Virus record (IMG/VR): IMGVR_UViG_2724679237_000006
Location: 1 to 52,515 of that record
Strand: one strand, 5' to 3'
Source of the DNA: a virus
Lineage: Duplodnaviria; Heunggongvirae; Uroviricota; Caudoviricetes
Length of the DNA stretch: 52,515 nucleotides
Both the position numbers and the translations under genes were made by a program. Position 1 is the stretch's first letter. Each line of letters begins with the position of its first letter. The notes beneath the pieces are model-generated. The model worked only from the letters and a program-made list of their open reading frames with translations, was not told where the DNA came from and made no database searches. Positions 1 to 9,069 of the stretch are shown here, in pieces.

Positions 1-59
1 TTTTGTATTTGTATTTTGTGCAATGGCGGTGGAGTGGCGATGGTGTGGCGATATGCAGA

Positions 60-260
60 AACAATAGTAGTGCACGTGCTGTTTAAACTCTAAGGATGAA
101 GCCGAATTCTCCTGCAGCTCCTCCGTATTTCGCATAGTGAACTAGGACCTCGGTTAAACAAAAATTTTTCTGGGATTTTTCCACTCGACTTCATTTTTCC
201 TCCTGCCATCCACCAAAAGGTACCTGCGCTAATCTGTCTTTTTTAATCTGACAACATCCA
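60..260 (-). pseudogene. Decayed hok/sok-like locus copy (toxin ORF largely deleted)
   Basis: Region 100-260 is a diverged paralogue of the mok-leader/sok region at 1150-1265 (shared cctcggttaaaca and ...aaaggcacc-gcgc-taatct-tc-ctttttt blocks). The hok-coding equivalent is reduced to a C-terminal remnant (..CEIRR..) with about 125 bp missing relative to the intact copy. Confidence 0.4.
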
Positions 261-476
261 GAGAAAAGGCAAATTCGTCAGATTTACTGTTTTTCTGCTG
301 CCTCGAATGCCGATGTCTGCAGCACTGATAAGAGCTCTATCTCTTTGATATAGATCTTTTTTTTGATGAATTGCACGGCATATTATCGTTATGACACCTT
401 CTTGTTAAAGGTGTTGTACTCCACATCTCGATTTTATGATGTGGGTTATGATTGGTTAGTAATAGAGTGTATCGGT

Positions 477-758
477 ATGCGATGTGGTTTATTAATGGCA
501 ATCTGTTTTTGTTTGGTATCTTTTAGTGGGTATGCAGCAACAGGAAAGTCTGATGCTCAGATCAAGAAAGAAATAATTAAAGAATCCATTGAATCGTATC
601 CAGGCAATTGTGCGTGTCCTTATAATCATGCAAGGAATGGTAGTAGATGTGGTAGACGCAGTGCATATAGCCGTACTGGAGGGTATGACGTGGTATGTTA
701 TGAGAGTGATGTTACGGATGAAATGATCCGGCAATGGAAGCAGGAGAATGCTGAGTAA
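477..758 (+). CDS. Small secreted Cys-rich protein of unknown function
   Basis: ORF 363-758; likely start at Met39 (MRCGLLMAICFCLVSFSGYAATGK) giving a signal-peptide-like N-terminus. Followed by a terminator at 835-868. No family recognised. Confidence 0.4.
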   Translation: MRCGLLMAICFCLVSFSGYAATGKSDAQIKKEIIKESIESYPGNCACPYNHARNGSRCGRRSAYSRTGGYDVVCYESDVTDEMIRQWKQENAE

Positions 759-834
759 TCACTTTTAACTGGTTTGTTTTGCGAGCATTATGTGTGTTGT
801 TAACGGTACCTTAGCTAAGTGAGAGCTCCAAAAG

Positions 835-868
835 AAAACCCGCAGTTTTTACGCTGCGGGTTTTCTTG
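835..868 (+). terminator. Rho-independent terminator
   Basis: Stem cccgcag (839-845) / ctgcggg (854-860) followed by ttttcttgttt. Confidence 0.6.
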
Positions 869-949
869 TTTGTGTCCATGGGATAGGGTGCCACTTCGGC
901 CAGCCTTAGCAACCGATTGACGGGGGATTGCTCCCCCGTCGCGGTTTCC

Positions 950-1090
950 TTACTGCTTACACTGTAAGAACGCCGCAAACTCCGCTCCCCAGAAGCTCAT
1001 CCGTATTTCACACAGCGAACCGTGCAGCATCCAGATGATGAGGATTACCGTCACGCAGAACGTGATGGCCATAAGCGATTTTTGCGACAT
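950..1090 (-). CDS. hok: Hok/Gef-family type I toxin (46 aa, below the ORF-track cutoff)
   Basis: Minus-strand translation MSQKSLMAITFCVTVILIIWMLHGSLCEIRMSFWGAEFAAFLQCKQ: hydrophobic TM segment followed by the SLCEIR and E-x-AAF motifs typical of Hok. Hairpin gacggggga-ttg-ctcccccgtc at 919-940 lies just downstream. Confidence 0.65.
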   Translation of the reverse strand: MSQKSLMAITFCVTVILIIWMLHGSLCEIRMSFWGAEFAAFLQCKQ

Positions 1091-1220
1091 AGCGCTTGCT
1101 CCTTTTTTGGGGAGGCGCTAACCTATCACTTGCTAAGGTTAGATGGTCAGGGCCTCGGTTAAACAGAGATGTTTTCCGGGGCCTTTCCACATCCGGCCTT
1201 CGGGTATTCCCTCCAGCCAT
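1008..1220 (-). CDS. mok: mok-like overlapping reading frame (70 codons) spanning the hok start
   Basis: 70-aa ORF in another frame overlapping the 5' part of hok, the same architecture as mok in plasmid R1 hok/sok. Protein sequence itself is not diagnostic. Confidence 0.4.
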   Translation of the reverse strand: MAGGNTRRPDVERPRKTSLFNRGPDHLTLASDRLAPPQKRSKRYVAKIAYGHHVLRDGNPHHLDAARFAV

Positions 1221-1280
1221 CAGCCGAAAGGCACCCGCGCGTAATCTATCGCTTTTTTGTTACTCCGGCAATTCAGCCTG

Positions 1281-1541
1281 TTAATTCTGAGGTAATGGCA
1301 AACTCATCTGGTTGTTTCCCCTGTGCGAAGCTGGTAGCTCATTCCACGGGATGCCCTCTGAAGAGTGAACGCCGGGGGCGTGTTTCGATGTGAATTTATG
1401 GAAAGCCTCCAGTGTTGAGAAGCATACGCCGCATTCCAGGTTGTTACACTGGTAATATTTTTTCCGTACGGTATCTGAATCATTTTCCGAACGACTGGTG
1501 CGGATTCGGGCAGATGCGCCACAAAGCGGACAACGGAACAT
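1281..1541 (-). CDS. ogr: Ogr-type zinc-finger late-gene transcription activator
   Basis: N-terminus MFRCPLCG...YYQCNNLECGVCF matches the Ogr/Delta C-x2-C...C-x4-C zinc finger. Located just downstream of D as in P2. Confidence 0.75.
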   Translation of the reverse strand: MFRCPLCGASARIRTSRSENDSDTVRKKYYQCNNLECGVCFSTLEAFHKFTSKHAPGVHSSEGIPWNELPASHRGNNQMSLPLPQN

Positions 1542-1583
1542 AGCGACCTCCCTTAACGTGGTGCTGCCGCTATTCTAAGTTGC

Positions 1584-2693
1584 TCACTCTGTTTCTGCTA
1601 TCCATTCCGGGATTTTTGCCTCAAGCTCAAGCTGCGTGGTAAAGCCGCTGTTATCAATGGAGTGCTCGGCTTTTGCAATAATCCAGTCCTGATTATCAAT
1701 CTCGCTTTTAAATCCTGTTACCGTGCCATGCATTTCGGGGTAGAGTTCTGCGCGTCCACGCGCCAGCGTGATGGAGAATGATGCGGCTCCGCGTTGTAGC
1801 TGCTGCCACTTTGCCGCCGCTGCGCGTCTTGCTGCCTGCTCGTTCTGATAAGTCTTGCGTAACACAAACACGTTGCCTTCCGCACCTTCCATATAGTCAC
1901 CTTCACGGCTGCTGCTTTTCTCCTTTTTGGGTTTTGGCGGTTTGCGGCGTTTCACGCTGACTTTTTTCTTTTTCCCGTAATTAAGATCAAGCCAGTAAGC
2001 GCGTACCCCCGTATACGCCTCGCGGTCAGCAATGCGAAACTGATGGCGATCGCCGCTGCTGCGTGTGATGGCAAACGATGGTAATGGTTTTCCCTGCGCG
2101 TTCACGCCACCACCTGGCATGATGAATAACAGATTACCGCTTTTTACCGTGGTGATTGCGCCCAGCATTTCCGCCATGCGTGTAAGGAAGGACATGTCGC
2201 TTTCTTCGGTCTGGTCAGCGTGGTCGATTTCAATATCCATCAGCATTTCGCTGATTTGCGGTTTCAGGCCGTATCGGTGAGCAATTGCAGACACCACGCG
2301 TTCAACGGTCACATCATGCCAGGATACTTCGCGCTTGACGTTAAATTCATCCCGAAAATCTGCGCTTCTGGCTGAAATGGTCAGTCTGTCGGGCGGTCCT
2401 TCATGAGCAATTTCATCAACAATGTAAGTGCCTTTTTCTGTCAGCGGTTCGCCTTTCCAGCCAATGAGAACCGTCAGGCGAGCGCCCCGTGGCGGCAACT
2501 GCAACTGACCATCAGCATCATCCAGCGTGATGGTTAGCTGGTCTGCTTCAAATCCCCGGTTGTCGGTCAGTGACAGGCTCATCAGGCGTTCTGTCACACC
2601 GGACAGCGTTTTCCCCTCCGCGAGAATATCAAAATCAGGCATCTTCACGGGGTCAGTACTCTGGTTGAACAGTTGCATGGTGGTGTCAATCAT
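1584..2693 (-). CDS. D: Tail protein D (late control gene D)
   Basis: ORF 1584-2825; probable start at internal ATG 2693 preceded by GGGAGGGAG RBS (MIDTTMQLFNQ...). LSLTDNRGFEADQLTITLDDADGQL region typical of gpD. Confidence 0.85.
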   Translation of the reverse strand: MIDTTMQLFNQSTDPVKMPDFDILAEGKTLSGVTERLMSLSLTDNRGFEADQLTITLDDADGQLQLPPRGARLTVLIGWKGEPLTEKGTYIVDEIAHEGPPDRLTISARSADFRDEFNVKREVSWHDVTVERVVSAIAHRYGLKPQISEMLMDIEIDHADQTEESDMSFLTRMAEMLGAITTVKSGNLLFIMPGGGVNAQGKPLPSFAITRSSGDRHQFRIADREAYTGVRAYWLDLNYGKKKKVSVKRRKPPKPKKEKSSSREGDYMEGAEGNVFVLRKTYQNEQAARRAAAAKWQQLQRGAASFSITLARGRAELYPEMHGTVTGFKSEIDNQDWIIAKAEHSIDNSGFTTQLELEAKIPEWIAETE

Positions 2694-2850
2694 CGGCTCC
2701 CTCCCTGTGCAGCATGGTCGCATGTGTGTGCGGGCGGGGTTACTGCTTTTTGTTGTCGCCGGGCGGCAAGAACGGCGCAGGGATGAGATTACGCGCGTGG
2801 TGGGTGATGATTGTTGCCGAATCATTTAACGGATACAAGGGGCTGGAACT

Positions 2851-4035
2851 ATGAGTGAAACTCGCTTTCATGGCGCCCGCGTTACGGAAAGTACCGACCT
2901 GGTAACAGCAATTAACGACGTTGATTCCAGCGTTATCGGTATCGTGGCAACGGCGGACGATGCGGACGCGAAGCTGTTCCCGCTGAACAAGCCTGCATTA
3001 GTGACCCGCGTCAATGACGTGCTGGGAAAATGCGGGACAACGGGGACGCTGTACCGTGCGCTGAAACCCATTGCAGACCAGGTGAGCACAAAGGTGATCG
3101 TCGTTCGCGTGGCTGAACACAAAGAAGAAGACGGAAAAACACAGGATCAACTGGTTATCGGTGGTTCTGAATCCGACGGCAGCTATACGGGGATGTATGC
3201 GCTGCTTGTTGCAGAGCAGGATGAAAGCATCGGATACCGTCCGCGTATTCTGGCCGCGCCGGGGCTGGACACGGAGGCGGTGACAAAATCCCTGTGCGTG
3301 ATTGCAGGTAAACTGCGCGCGTTTGTGTATGCCTCCTGTCATGGCTGTAACACGATGGCTGAAGCCATTGCATACCGTGAAAAATTCAACGAACGCGAGC
3401 TGATGCTCCTGTGGCCGGACTTCATCGCTTACAACCCGAAAAGTGGCGAGAATGAGGTTTTCCCCGCGCCAGCCTATGCGTGCGGCCTTCGTGCGTACAT
3501 TGACCATGAGCAGGGCTGGCACAAATCGCTGTCCAACGTTCCGGTCAAAAATGTGCTGGGGATGTCCAGGCATGTGTTCTGGTCGTTGCAGGCCGAAGAC
3601 AGCGATGCCAACAGCCTCAACAACAAAGAAATCACAACCATCATTCGCCGCAACGGGTTCCGCTTCTGGGGTAACCGTACGCCGGAAACGAACGCCTACA
3701 TTTTTGAGGTGTATACCCGAATCGCACAGGTGCTGGCTGACACGGTTGCGGAAGCGCAGTTTGAAACCATCGACAGTCCACTGACGCCTGCGAACGTGAA
3801 GGACGTCATCAGTGCCATCAGGGCAAAACTGGATTCGCTGGTTACTGCCGGGAAACTGATTGGCGCATCGTGCTGGTATGACATCGTGGATAACAGCACC
3901 ACAGAATTACGACAGGGGCGCGTGCGTATTCGCTATAAATATACGCCCGTTCCTCCGCTGGAAGATATGGAGCTTTACCAGGCGTTCACTGATGAGTTCT
4001 TTGGTCCTGCATTTGCAGTGCTTGGAGGTGCTTAA
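2851..4035 (+). CDS. FI: Tail sheath protein FI
   Basis: 394 aa; strong similarity to P2 FI as recalled (FPLNKP, KLRAF, RELM..WPDF, EQGWHK.LSNV, IRRDGFRFWGNRT, YTPVPPLE). Confidence 0.9.
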   Translation: MSETRFHGARVTESTDLVTAINDVDSSVIGIVATADDADAKLFPLNKPALVTRVNDVLGKCGTTGTLYRALKPIADQVSTKVIVVRVAEHKEEDGKTQDQLVIGGSESDGSYTGMYALLVAEQDESIGYRPRILAAPGLDTEAVTKSLCVIAGKLRAFVYASCHGCNTMAEAIAYREKFNERELMLLWPDFIAYNPKSGENEVFPAPAYACGLRAYIDHEQGWHKSLSNVPVKNVLGMSRHVFWSLQAEDSDANSLNNKEITTIIRRNGFRFWGNRTPETNAYIFEVYTRIAQVLADTVAEAQFETIDSPLTPANVKDVISAIRAKLDSLVTAGKLIGASCWYDIVDNSTTELRQGRVRIRYKYTPVPPLEDMELYQAFTDEFFGPAFAVLGGA

Positions 4036-4547
4036 TGGCCGTACCAAAACATCTTCGTTTTTTTACGCTGTTTGTGGATGGTGAAAATGAAGTGGGTAAG
4101 GTGACGTCTGTCACCCCGCCTAAACTGACGCGTAAAACCGACAGCTATCGTGGTGGTGGCATGCTGGGAGCGGTGAGTATCGACCTCGGCCTGGACGATT
4201 CCGCGCTTGATGCGAGTTTTGTCATGGGGGGCGCCGTTCGTGCGCTGTTCCTTAAATATGGCGGAACAATGGACGGCACGCTGCTGCGTTTTGCGGGTGA
4301 ATACTACACCGATGCAGAAAGCGACCTGTATGAAATCGAGATGCGCGGGCGTGTGACGGAAATTGATATGGGGGAGGCCAAACAGGGCGAAGCCACGTCA
4401 CACACTTACGCTGTCAAAAACACCTACTACAAGCTGAGTATTAACGATCGTCCGGTGTGGGAAATTGACCTGGTGAACCACATCTACCGGAAGGATGGCA
4501 AGGACATTGTACCCGACCGCATCCGTTCCGCGCTCGGGCTCGGCTGA
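4035..4547 (+). CDS. FII: Tail tube protein FII
   Basis: 170 aa immediately after FI (ATG overlaps the FI stop); size and position match P2 FII. Confidence 0.85.
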   Translation: MAVPKHLRFFTLFVDGENEVGKVTSVTPPKLTRKTDSYRGGGMLGAVSIDLGLDDSALDASFVMGGAVRALFLKYGGTMDGTLLRFAGEYYTDAESDLYEIEMRGRVTEIDMGEAKQGEATSHTYAVKNTYYKLSINDRPVWEIDLVNHIYRKDGKDIVPDRIRSALGLG

Positions 4548-4601
4548 TATGTAATATGCAGGCGGCGCAGTGCGTCGCCCCTGACTGAAAGGAGTTTTCT
4601 G

Positions 4602-4970
4602 ATGAAAGAGACGAAAAATACCGATACTGAAAACGCTGTGGTGGTTGCTGATACTGCGAAAGAAACCGGCGAGCGCGGCGTAAAACTTACCCAGCCAATT
4701 GAGCGAGGCGACGAAAAAATCACGTATGTGGAGATTACCGGGGCTATTGAGCAGGCTGGATCCCTGCGTGGTCTGTCGCTGTCTGATGTGCTGAGTCTGA
4801 AAGCGGAATCCATGTTTACGCTGTTGTCACGCGTGACATCACCGCGACTGGATGAAGTGACGATCAAAAAAATGGCATCCCGTGACTTTATTCAGTTATG
4901 TGTGGTTGCCGTAAATTTTTTGAGCGGTGCGGACTCTGGCGGGAAGAACGAACAGGCGACGGAAGCCTGA
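4602..4970 (+). CDS. E: Tail assembly chaperone E (zero-frame product)
   Basis: Small ORF between FII and tape measure; contains the slippery site at 4915-4921. Confidence 0.7.
   Translation: MKETKNTDTENAVVVADTAKETGERGVKLTQPIERGDEKITYVEITGAIEQAGSLRGLSLSDVLSLKAESMFTLLSRVTSPRLDEVTIKKMASRDFIQLCVVAVNFLSGADSGGKNEQATEA
4915..4921 (+). other. Programmed -1 ribosomal frameshift site (TTTTTTG) giving the E+E' fusion, ending at 5134
   Basis: TTTTTTG heptamer inside E; the -1 frame ORF 4898-5134 continues past the E stop, as in P2 E/E'. Confidence 0.7.
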
Positions 4971-5084
4971 TCACGGTTGTGTGCTTTGAGCACATAGAAG
5001 ACTTTGTGGCAGATATTGCCGTTATTTTTAACTGGTCGCCCGCCGAAATCTTCATGATGACGCCCGGCGAAGTGGTTAGCTGGC

Positions 5085-7922
5085 GTGAGCGGGCGGCACT
5101 TCGCAGTGGGAATGCAGACGATGAAGACTCTTGACATTCGGGTCGCCTTCAGTGCTGTTGACAGGCTGACCCGGCCAGCCGAAAACGCCCGCCGCCTGAT
5201 GGGACAGCTTGGTGACTCCATCCAGCGAACGCAGGGGGCGATCAAAAATCTCGAGCGTCAGGCGCGTTCATTTGAGCGCGCCCGCGATGCTGTCAGTAAA
5301 GCGGATGCTGGCATCGTGAAAGCACGACGCCAGCTTAACGCCCTTCATCAGTTACAACGCACGGGTACGGTGCTCAGCGAAAAACAACAAAAGCTGATGC
5401 AGCAGTTAAGCACCCGGCTTGAACGCCTGAATGAATCGCGCACACGGGAAATTCAGAAAATGCGGGAGCTTGGCGGAGAGCTTAAACGCCACGGTATTTC
5501 CCTGACAGGCAGCGATAACACCATCCAGCAGGCCATCAGACGCACCGAACAGTACAACAACCAGCTTGAACTCGAACGACAGGCGCTTGCGCGTGTAACG
5601 CGGGCGCGTGAGCAGTATTCACGCGCGCAGGAAACAGCGGGAAAACTGAAAACGGGTGGTGCGCTGGCAACTGGTGCGGCAGCGGCTGGCGGCTATGCTG
5701 CCGGGCGTTTTTTGCAGCCCGCTATCGGATTCGGGAAAGAGATGTCCCGTGTGCAGGCGCTGACGCGAATTGACCAGAACAGCCCGCAGTTTAAGGCGCT
5801 GCGTGAGCAGGCGCTAAAGCTCGGCTCTGAAACGCAGTTTACTGCGAGTGATGCCGCCAGTGGGCAGGCATTTCTTGCTATGGCTGGCTTCACACCAGAA
5901 GCCATTCAGGCTGCGCTTCCCGGCGTGCTGAGCATGGCAACGGCTGGCGGTATGGACCTTGGCGAGACGGCGGATATTGGCTCAAATATCCTGACGCAGT
6001 TCGGCCTCTCTGCTGACCAGATGGATCGGGTCGGCGACACACTTACTGCGGCGTTTACCCGTACTAACACCGACCTTCGCGCGCTGGGCGAAACCATGAA
6101 ATATGCAGGTCCGGTGGCGGGTAAGCTGGGAATATCGCTGGAGCAGGCCGCAGCGATGGCGGGCGTGCTGGCGAATATGGGTATCAGAGGGAGTGATGCC
6201 GGGACGGCAATGCGTGCCAGCCTTGCTCGTCTGGCATCACCGCCAAAGGCGGCGGCAGAGGCGCTGAAAGAGCTTGGTGTGGCTGTCTCTGATGCGAACG
6301 GCAAAATGCGCCCGATGGAGGATGTGCTGGCCGACCTTTATAAAGCCACCCGCAAATACGGGGAAGTTGACCGGGTATCGTTCTTTAAGGACATAGCCGG
6401 AGAAGAGGCCTTCACGTCATTTATGGCCCTCGTTGATGCGGCAGGTGACGGTTCCTTACCTAAACTGAGAAAAGAACTTGAAGGCGCGCGCGGTGAGGCT
6501 GAACGCACAGCAAAGGTTATGGCCAACAACCTTGACGGCGATCTGAAATCACTCGACAGTGCATGGGAAGGGTTGCGCATCCGCATTGCAGATCTGATTG
6601 ACGGTCCGCTGCGTTCTGTCACGCAGTGGCTCACGCGGGTGGTATCAAGGGTGACGGCGCTGGCGCAGGCCCATCCGGTACTGACGCGCCAGCTACTGAT
6701 AGCAGGCGGTGCGTTGCTGGCAATGACTGCAACGGTTGGCTCGTTGTCGCTGGCTATTGGTGTGCTTGCTGGCCCGCTGGCAAAACTGCGTCTTGGCTTT
6801 TCCCTCCTGACCGGTTCAATGAATGCTGTCAGGGTCCTGCCAGCACTATGGGGAATGGTGACGGGTTCCGTCTCTTTACTGGGAGGTGCTATCGGGGCGT
6901 TGTTCAGCCCGGTCGGTCTTATCGTAGCTGCGCTTGCCGGAGCTGCCGTTCTCATCTGGAAATACTGGGACCCAATCAGGGCATTTTTTGCCGGGGTGTT
7001 CAGCGGGATTATGGAGCGGCTGGCCCCGTTACGCGAAACCTTTGAACGGTTTGGCCCTGTTTTCGAACTGGTTCGTGATGGCGTGATTCAGGTCTTTAAC
7101 TGGTTTACATCGCTGCTGTCACCGATGGAATCCAGCAAGGAAACGCTGGATAAATGCACCAGTGCTGGCGAGGTATTCGGCAACGTTCTTGGCGGTGCGT
7201 TACAGCTTGTCCTGACGCCTGCCAAAATGCTGCTGGATACGCTGGCATGGATACTTGAAAAACTTGGTGTCCTTCCAGATGAAGCGGAAAGGGCGAGAAA
7301 GAAAATCGAAGACGCGCAGCGTGCGGCCATTCTTCAGGACAAGGTTGCTTTGCTTCAGGGGGACCTGGCAAAAATCAATCCGCCGAAGTCTGCGGAAACA
7401 GGGACCGGAGGCGATAAGCCTAAAGACAATAAGCCGCTCACGGACAACAACACTGGCACGCTACGCAGGCTCAGCAAAATTGCAGATAATACGGGCAAGC
7501 TGGTTGATGAGACGAAAAAGCGTATCGGCCCCGGTGATATTGTCTTTAAGAACCTGCCCCGTGCGCTTGCTGTTCGTGGGGAGTGGCAGGAGCGAAAGGT
7601 TGCGCAGAGCAACAAGGCTCTTCCTGCAATCAATATCACTCCCGCGCCCCCGGCTCCGTTATCTCCGGCGCTGCCCCCTGTTGTTGCAGCAAGCTCCCGT
7701 CCGGTCGTGGAGGCCGCACGTGCGCCAGTTGCGCCCGTTTCCGCATCTTCCCGCAGCCGGGAGGCTGCGACCCCCGGATTTGGTGGTGAAATTCATGTCC
7801 ATCTGCATAACGTTGTTACGCAGAATCCCCGCGAACTGGCGAAACTGGTCGGCGAAATGGTCAGGGCAGAACTGGAGCGGCGTACCCGTGCCGGGCGTGG
7901 CAGTTTTTACGATAAAGATTGA
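5085..7922 (+). CDS. T: Tail tape measure protein T
   Basis: 945 aa; coiled-coil N-terminus, Ala/Gly-rich hydrophobic central segments; position between E/E' and U. Confidence 0.85.
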   Translation: MSGRHFAVGMQTMKTLDIRVAFSAVDRLTRPAENARRLMGQLGDSIQRTQGAIKNLERQARSFERARDAVSKADAGIVKARRQLNALHQLQRTGTVLSEKQQKLMQQLSTRLERLNESRTREIQKMRELGGELKRHGISLTGSDNTIQQAIRRTEQYNNQLELERQALARVTRAREQYSRAQETAGKLKTGGALATGAAAAGGYAAGRFLQPAIGFGKEMSRVQALTRIDQNSPQFKALREQALKLGSETQFTASDAASGQAFLAMAGFTPEAIQAALPGVLSMATAGGMDLGETADIGSNILTQFGLSADQMDRVGDTLTAAFTRTNTDLRALGETMKYAGPVAGKLGISLEQAAAMAGVLANMGIRGSDAGTAMRASLARLASPPKAAAEALKELGVAVSDANGKMRPMEDVLADLYKATRKYGEVDRVSFFKDIAGEEAFTSFMALVDAAGDGSLPKLRKELEGARGEAERTAKVMANNLDGDLKSLDSAWEGLRIRIADLIDGPLRSVTQWLTRVVSRVTALAQAHPVLTRQLLIAGGALLAMTATVGSLSLAIGVLAGPLAKLRLGFSLLTGSMNAVRVLPALWGMVTGSVSLLGGAIGALFSPVGLIVAALAGAAVLIWKYWDPIRAFFAGVFSGIMERLAPLRETFERFGPVFELVRDGVIQVFNWFTSLLSPMESSKETLDKCTSAGEVFGNVLGGALQLVLTPAKMLLDTLAWILEKLGVLPDEAERARKKIEDAQRAAILQDKVALLQGDLAKINPPKSAETGTGGDKPKDNKPLTDNNTGTLRRLSKIADNTGKLVDETKKRIGPGDIVFKNLPRALAVRGEWQERKVAQSNKALPAINITPAPPAPLSPALPPVVAASSRPVVEAARAPVAPVSASSRSREAATPGFGGEIHVHLHNVVTQNPRELAKLVGEMVRAELERRTRAGRGSFYDKD

Positions 7923-7928
7923 GGAGTC

Positions 7929-8423
7929 ATGGCCATGATGATGATCTACGGCATGTTTGTTTTTGAGCTGCGCACGTTGCCGCATCAGCAGTTACAGCAA
8001 AACAAAAGCTGGCGACATGTGAAAAACGAGCGCGTTAACCGTTCCGCAAGCTGGCAGTATATCGGTGCAGGTGATGATCGCATCGTTCTTTCCGGCGTGC
8101 TTTATCCTGAGATTACAGGCGGCGAAGTGTCGCTGTCGCTGCTGACCACGCAGGCGTATATGGGGCGCCCGTGGCCTCTGATTGATGGCGTCGGGCAGAT
8201 TTACGGCATGTATGTTCTGACCGAAACGAGCACGACCCGCTCTGAACTGGATCGCTACGGGAAAGCGAAAAAGATAGAGTTTTCCCTGACCCTTGAACGC
8301 TGTGATGAGGATTTGCGGGAACGCCTGCAATCCTCATCGTTCAGCGATATGCTGTCCGGCCTTAAAGATAAGGTAACATCATCCCTTAACAATGCAGTCA
8401 GCTCAGTTAAAGGGCTGTTCTGA
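7929..8423 (+). CDS. U: Tail protein U
   Basis: 164 aa following T; position and size consistent with P2 gpU. Confidence 0.75.
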   Translation: MAMMMIYGMFVFELRTLPHQQLQQNKSWRHVKNERVNRSASWQYIGAGDDRIVLSGVLYPEITGGEVSLSLLTTQAYMGRPWPLIDGVGQIYGMYVLTETSTTRSELDRYGKAKKIEFSLTLERCDEDLRERLQSSSFSDMLSGLKDKVTSSLNNAVSSVKGLF

Positions 8424-8431
8424 TTTAATGC

Positions 8432-8464
8432 AAAACCGCTAATGATCAGATTAGCGGTTTTTTG
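8432..8464. terminator. Bidirectional rho-independent terminator between convergent U and invertase genes
   Basis: Stem ccgctaat (8436-8443) / attagcgg (8450-8457), loop gatcag, flanked by A-run upstream and T-run downstream. Confidence 0.7.
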
Positions 8465-9069
8465 TTTCCTCTGGTCTTCTCAGTTGTCCCGGTTGATTCT
8501 CCCACGGGGTGGTAACGATAAATCGTCGATATACCAACGCCGTAAATTATGGCCAGTTGTTTTCTGTCATGGCCGTTTTTAATCAGCCTTGCTATTTGCT
8601 CATGTTGCTCTTTTGTCAGTTTCGGACGACGCCCACCAATGCGCCCCTGTGCGCGGGCTGCTGCCAGTCCTGCCCTGGTACGTTCAACTATCAGTTCGCG
8701 TTCCATTTCAGCTAAAGCCCCCATGACGTGAAAAAAGAAGCGCCCCATGGGTGTTGATGTGTCAATGCTGTCCGTCAGACTACGAAAATTGACACCTTTT
8801 TCCCGTAATTCCTCAATCAGTGTGATCAGGTGTTTCATGCTTCTGCCCAGCCTGTCCAGTTTCCAGACAACGAGCGTATCGCCTTCTGACAGTGTTCTGA
8901 GCAGTTTTTTCAATCCCGGTCTGGCTGACTTTGTTCCGCTGATTTTATCTTCAAAAATCAGTTCACATCCTGCGCTATTGAGCGCATTGCGTTGCAAATC
9001 CGTGTTCTGGTCATTTGTTGACACGCGTACATAGCCAATCAGCACATTGAATCTCCCGCTCAAAAGCAC
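8446..9069 (-). CDS. Serine recombinase, DNA invertase of the Hin/Gin/Cin/Pin family
   Basis: LIGYVRVSTNDQNTDLQRNAL...VVWKLDRLGRSMKHLI...MGALAEMERELI..RT.AGLAAAR motifs match Pin/Gin closely; active-site Ser in YVRVSTNDQ. True start may be the GTG at 9045. Confidence 0.9.
   Translation of the reverse strand: MLLSGRFNVLIGYVRVSTNDQNTDLQRNALNSAGCELIFEDKISGTKSARPGLKKLLRTLSEGDTLVVWKLDRLGRSMKHLITLIEELREKGVNFRSLTDSIDTSTPMGRFFFHVMGALAEMERELIVERTRAGLAAARAQGRIGGRRPKLTKEQHEQIARLIKNGHDRKQLAIIYGVGISTIYRYHPVGESTGTTEKTRGNKKPLI

Noticed and set aside
1096-1393. Plus-strand ORFs 1096-1284 and 1169-1393 as protein-coding genes
   Set aside because: They overlap the hok/mok locus and ogr on the opposite strand; this region more plausibly encodes the antisense RNA and promoters.
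2694-2850. Ogr-dependent late promoter box (TGT-N12-ACA) upstream of FI and in the O/P divergent region
   Set aside because: Several TGT...ACA-like candidates were seen (e.g. tgttgtcgccgggcggcaaga) but none has the exact 12-bp spacing, so no specific site is reported.
5693-7045. Antisense ORFs inside the tape measure gene (5693-5905, 5906-6304, 6338-6955 minus; 6626-7045 plus)
   Set aside because: They lie entirely within the 945-aa tape-measure reading frame region, are Ala/Arg/Pro-rich as expected for GC-rich antisense frames, and have no recognisable domains.
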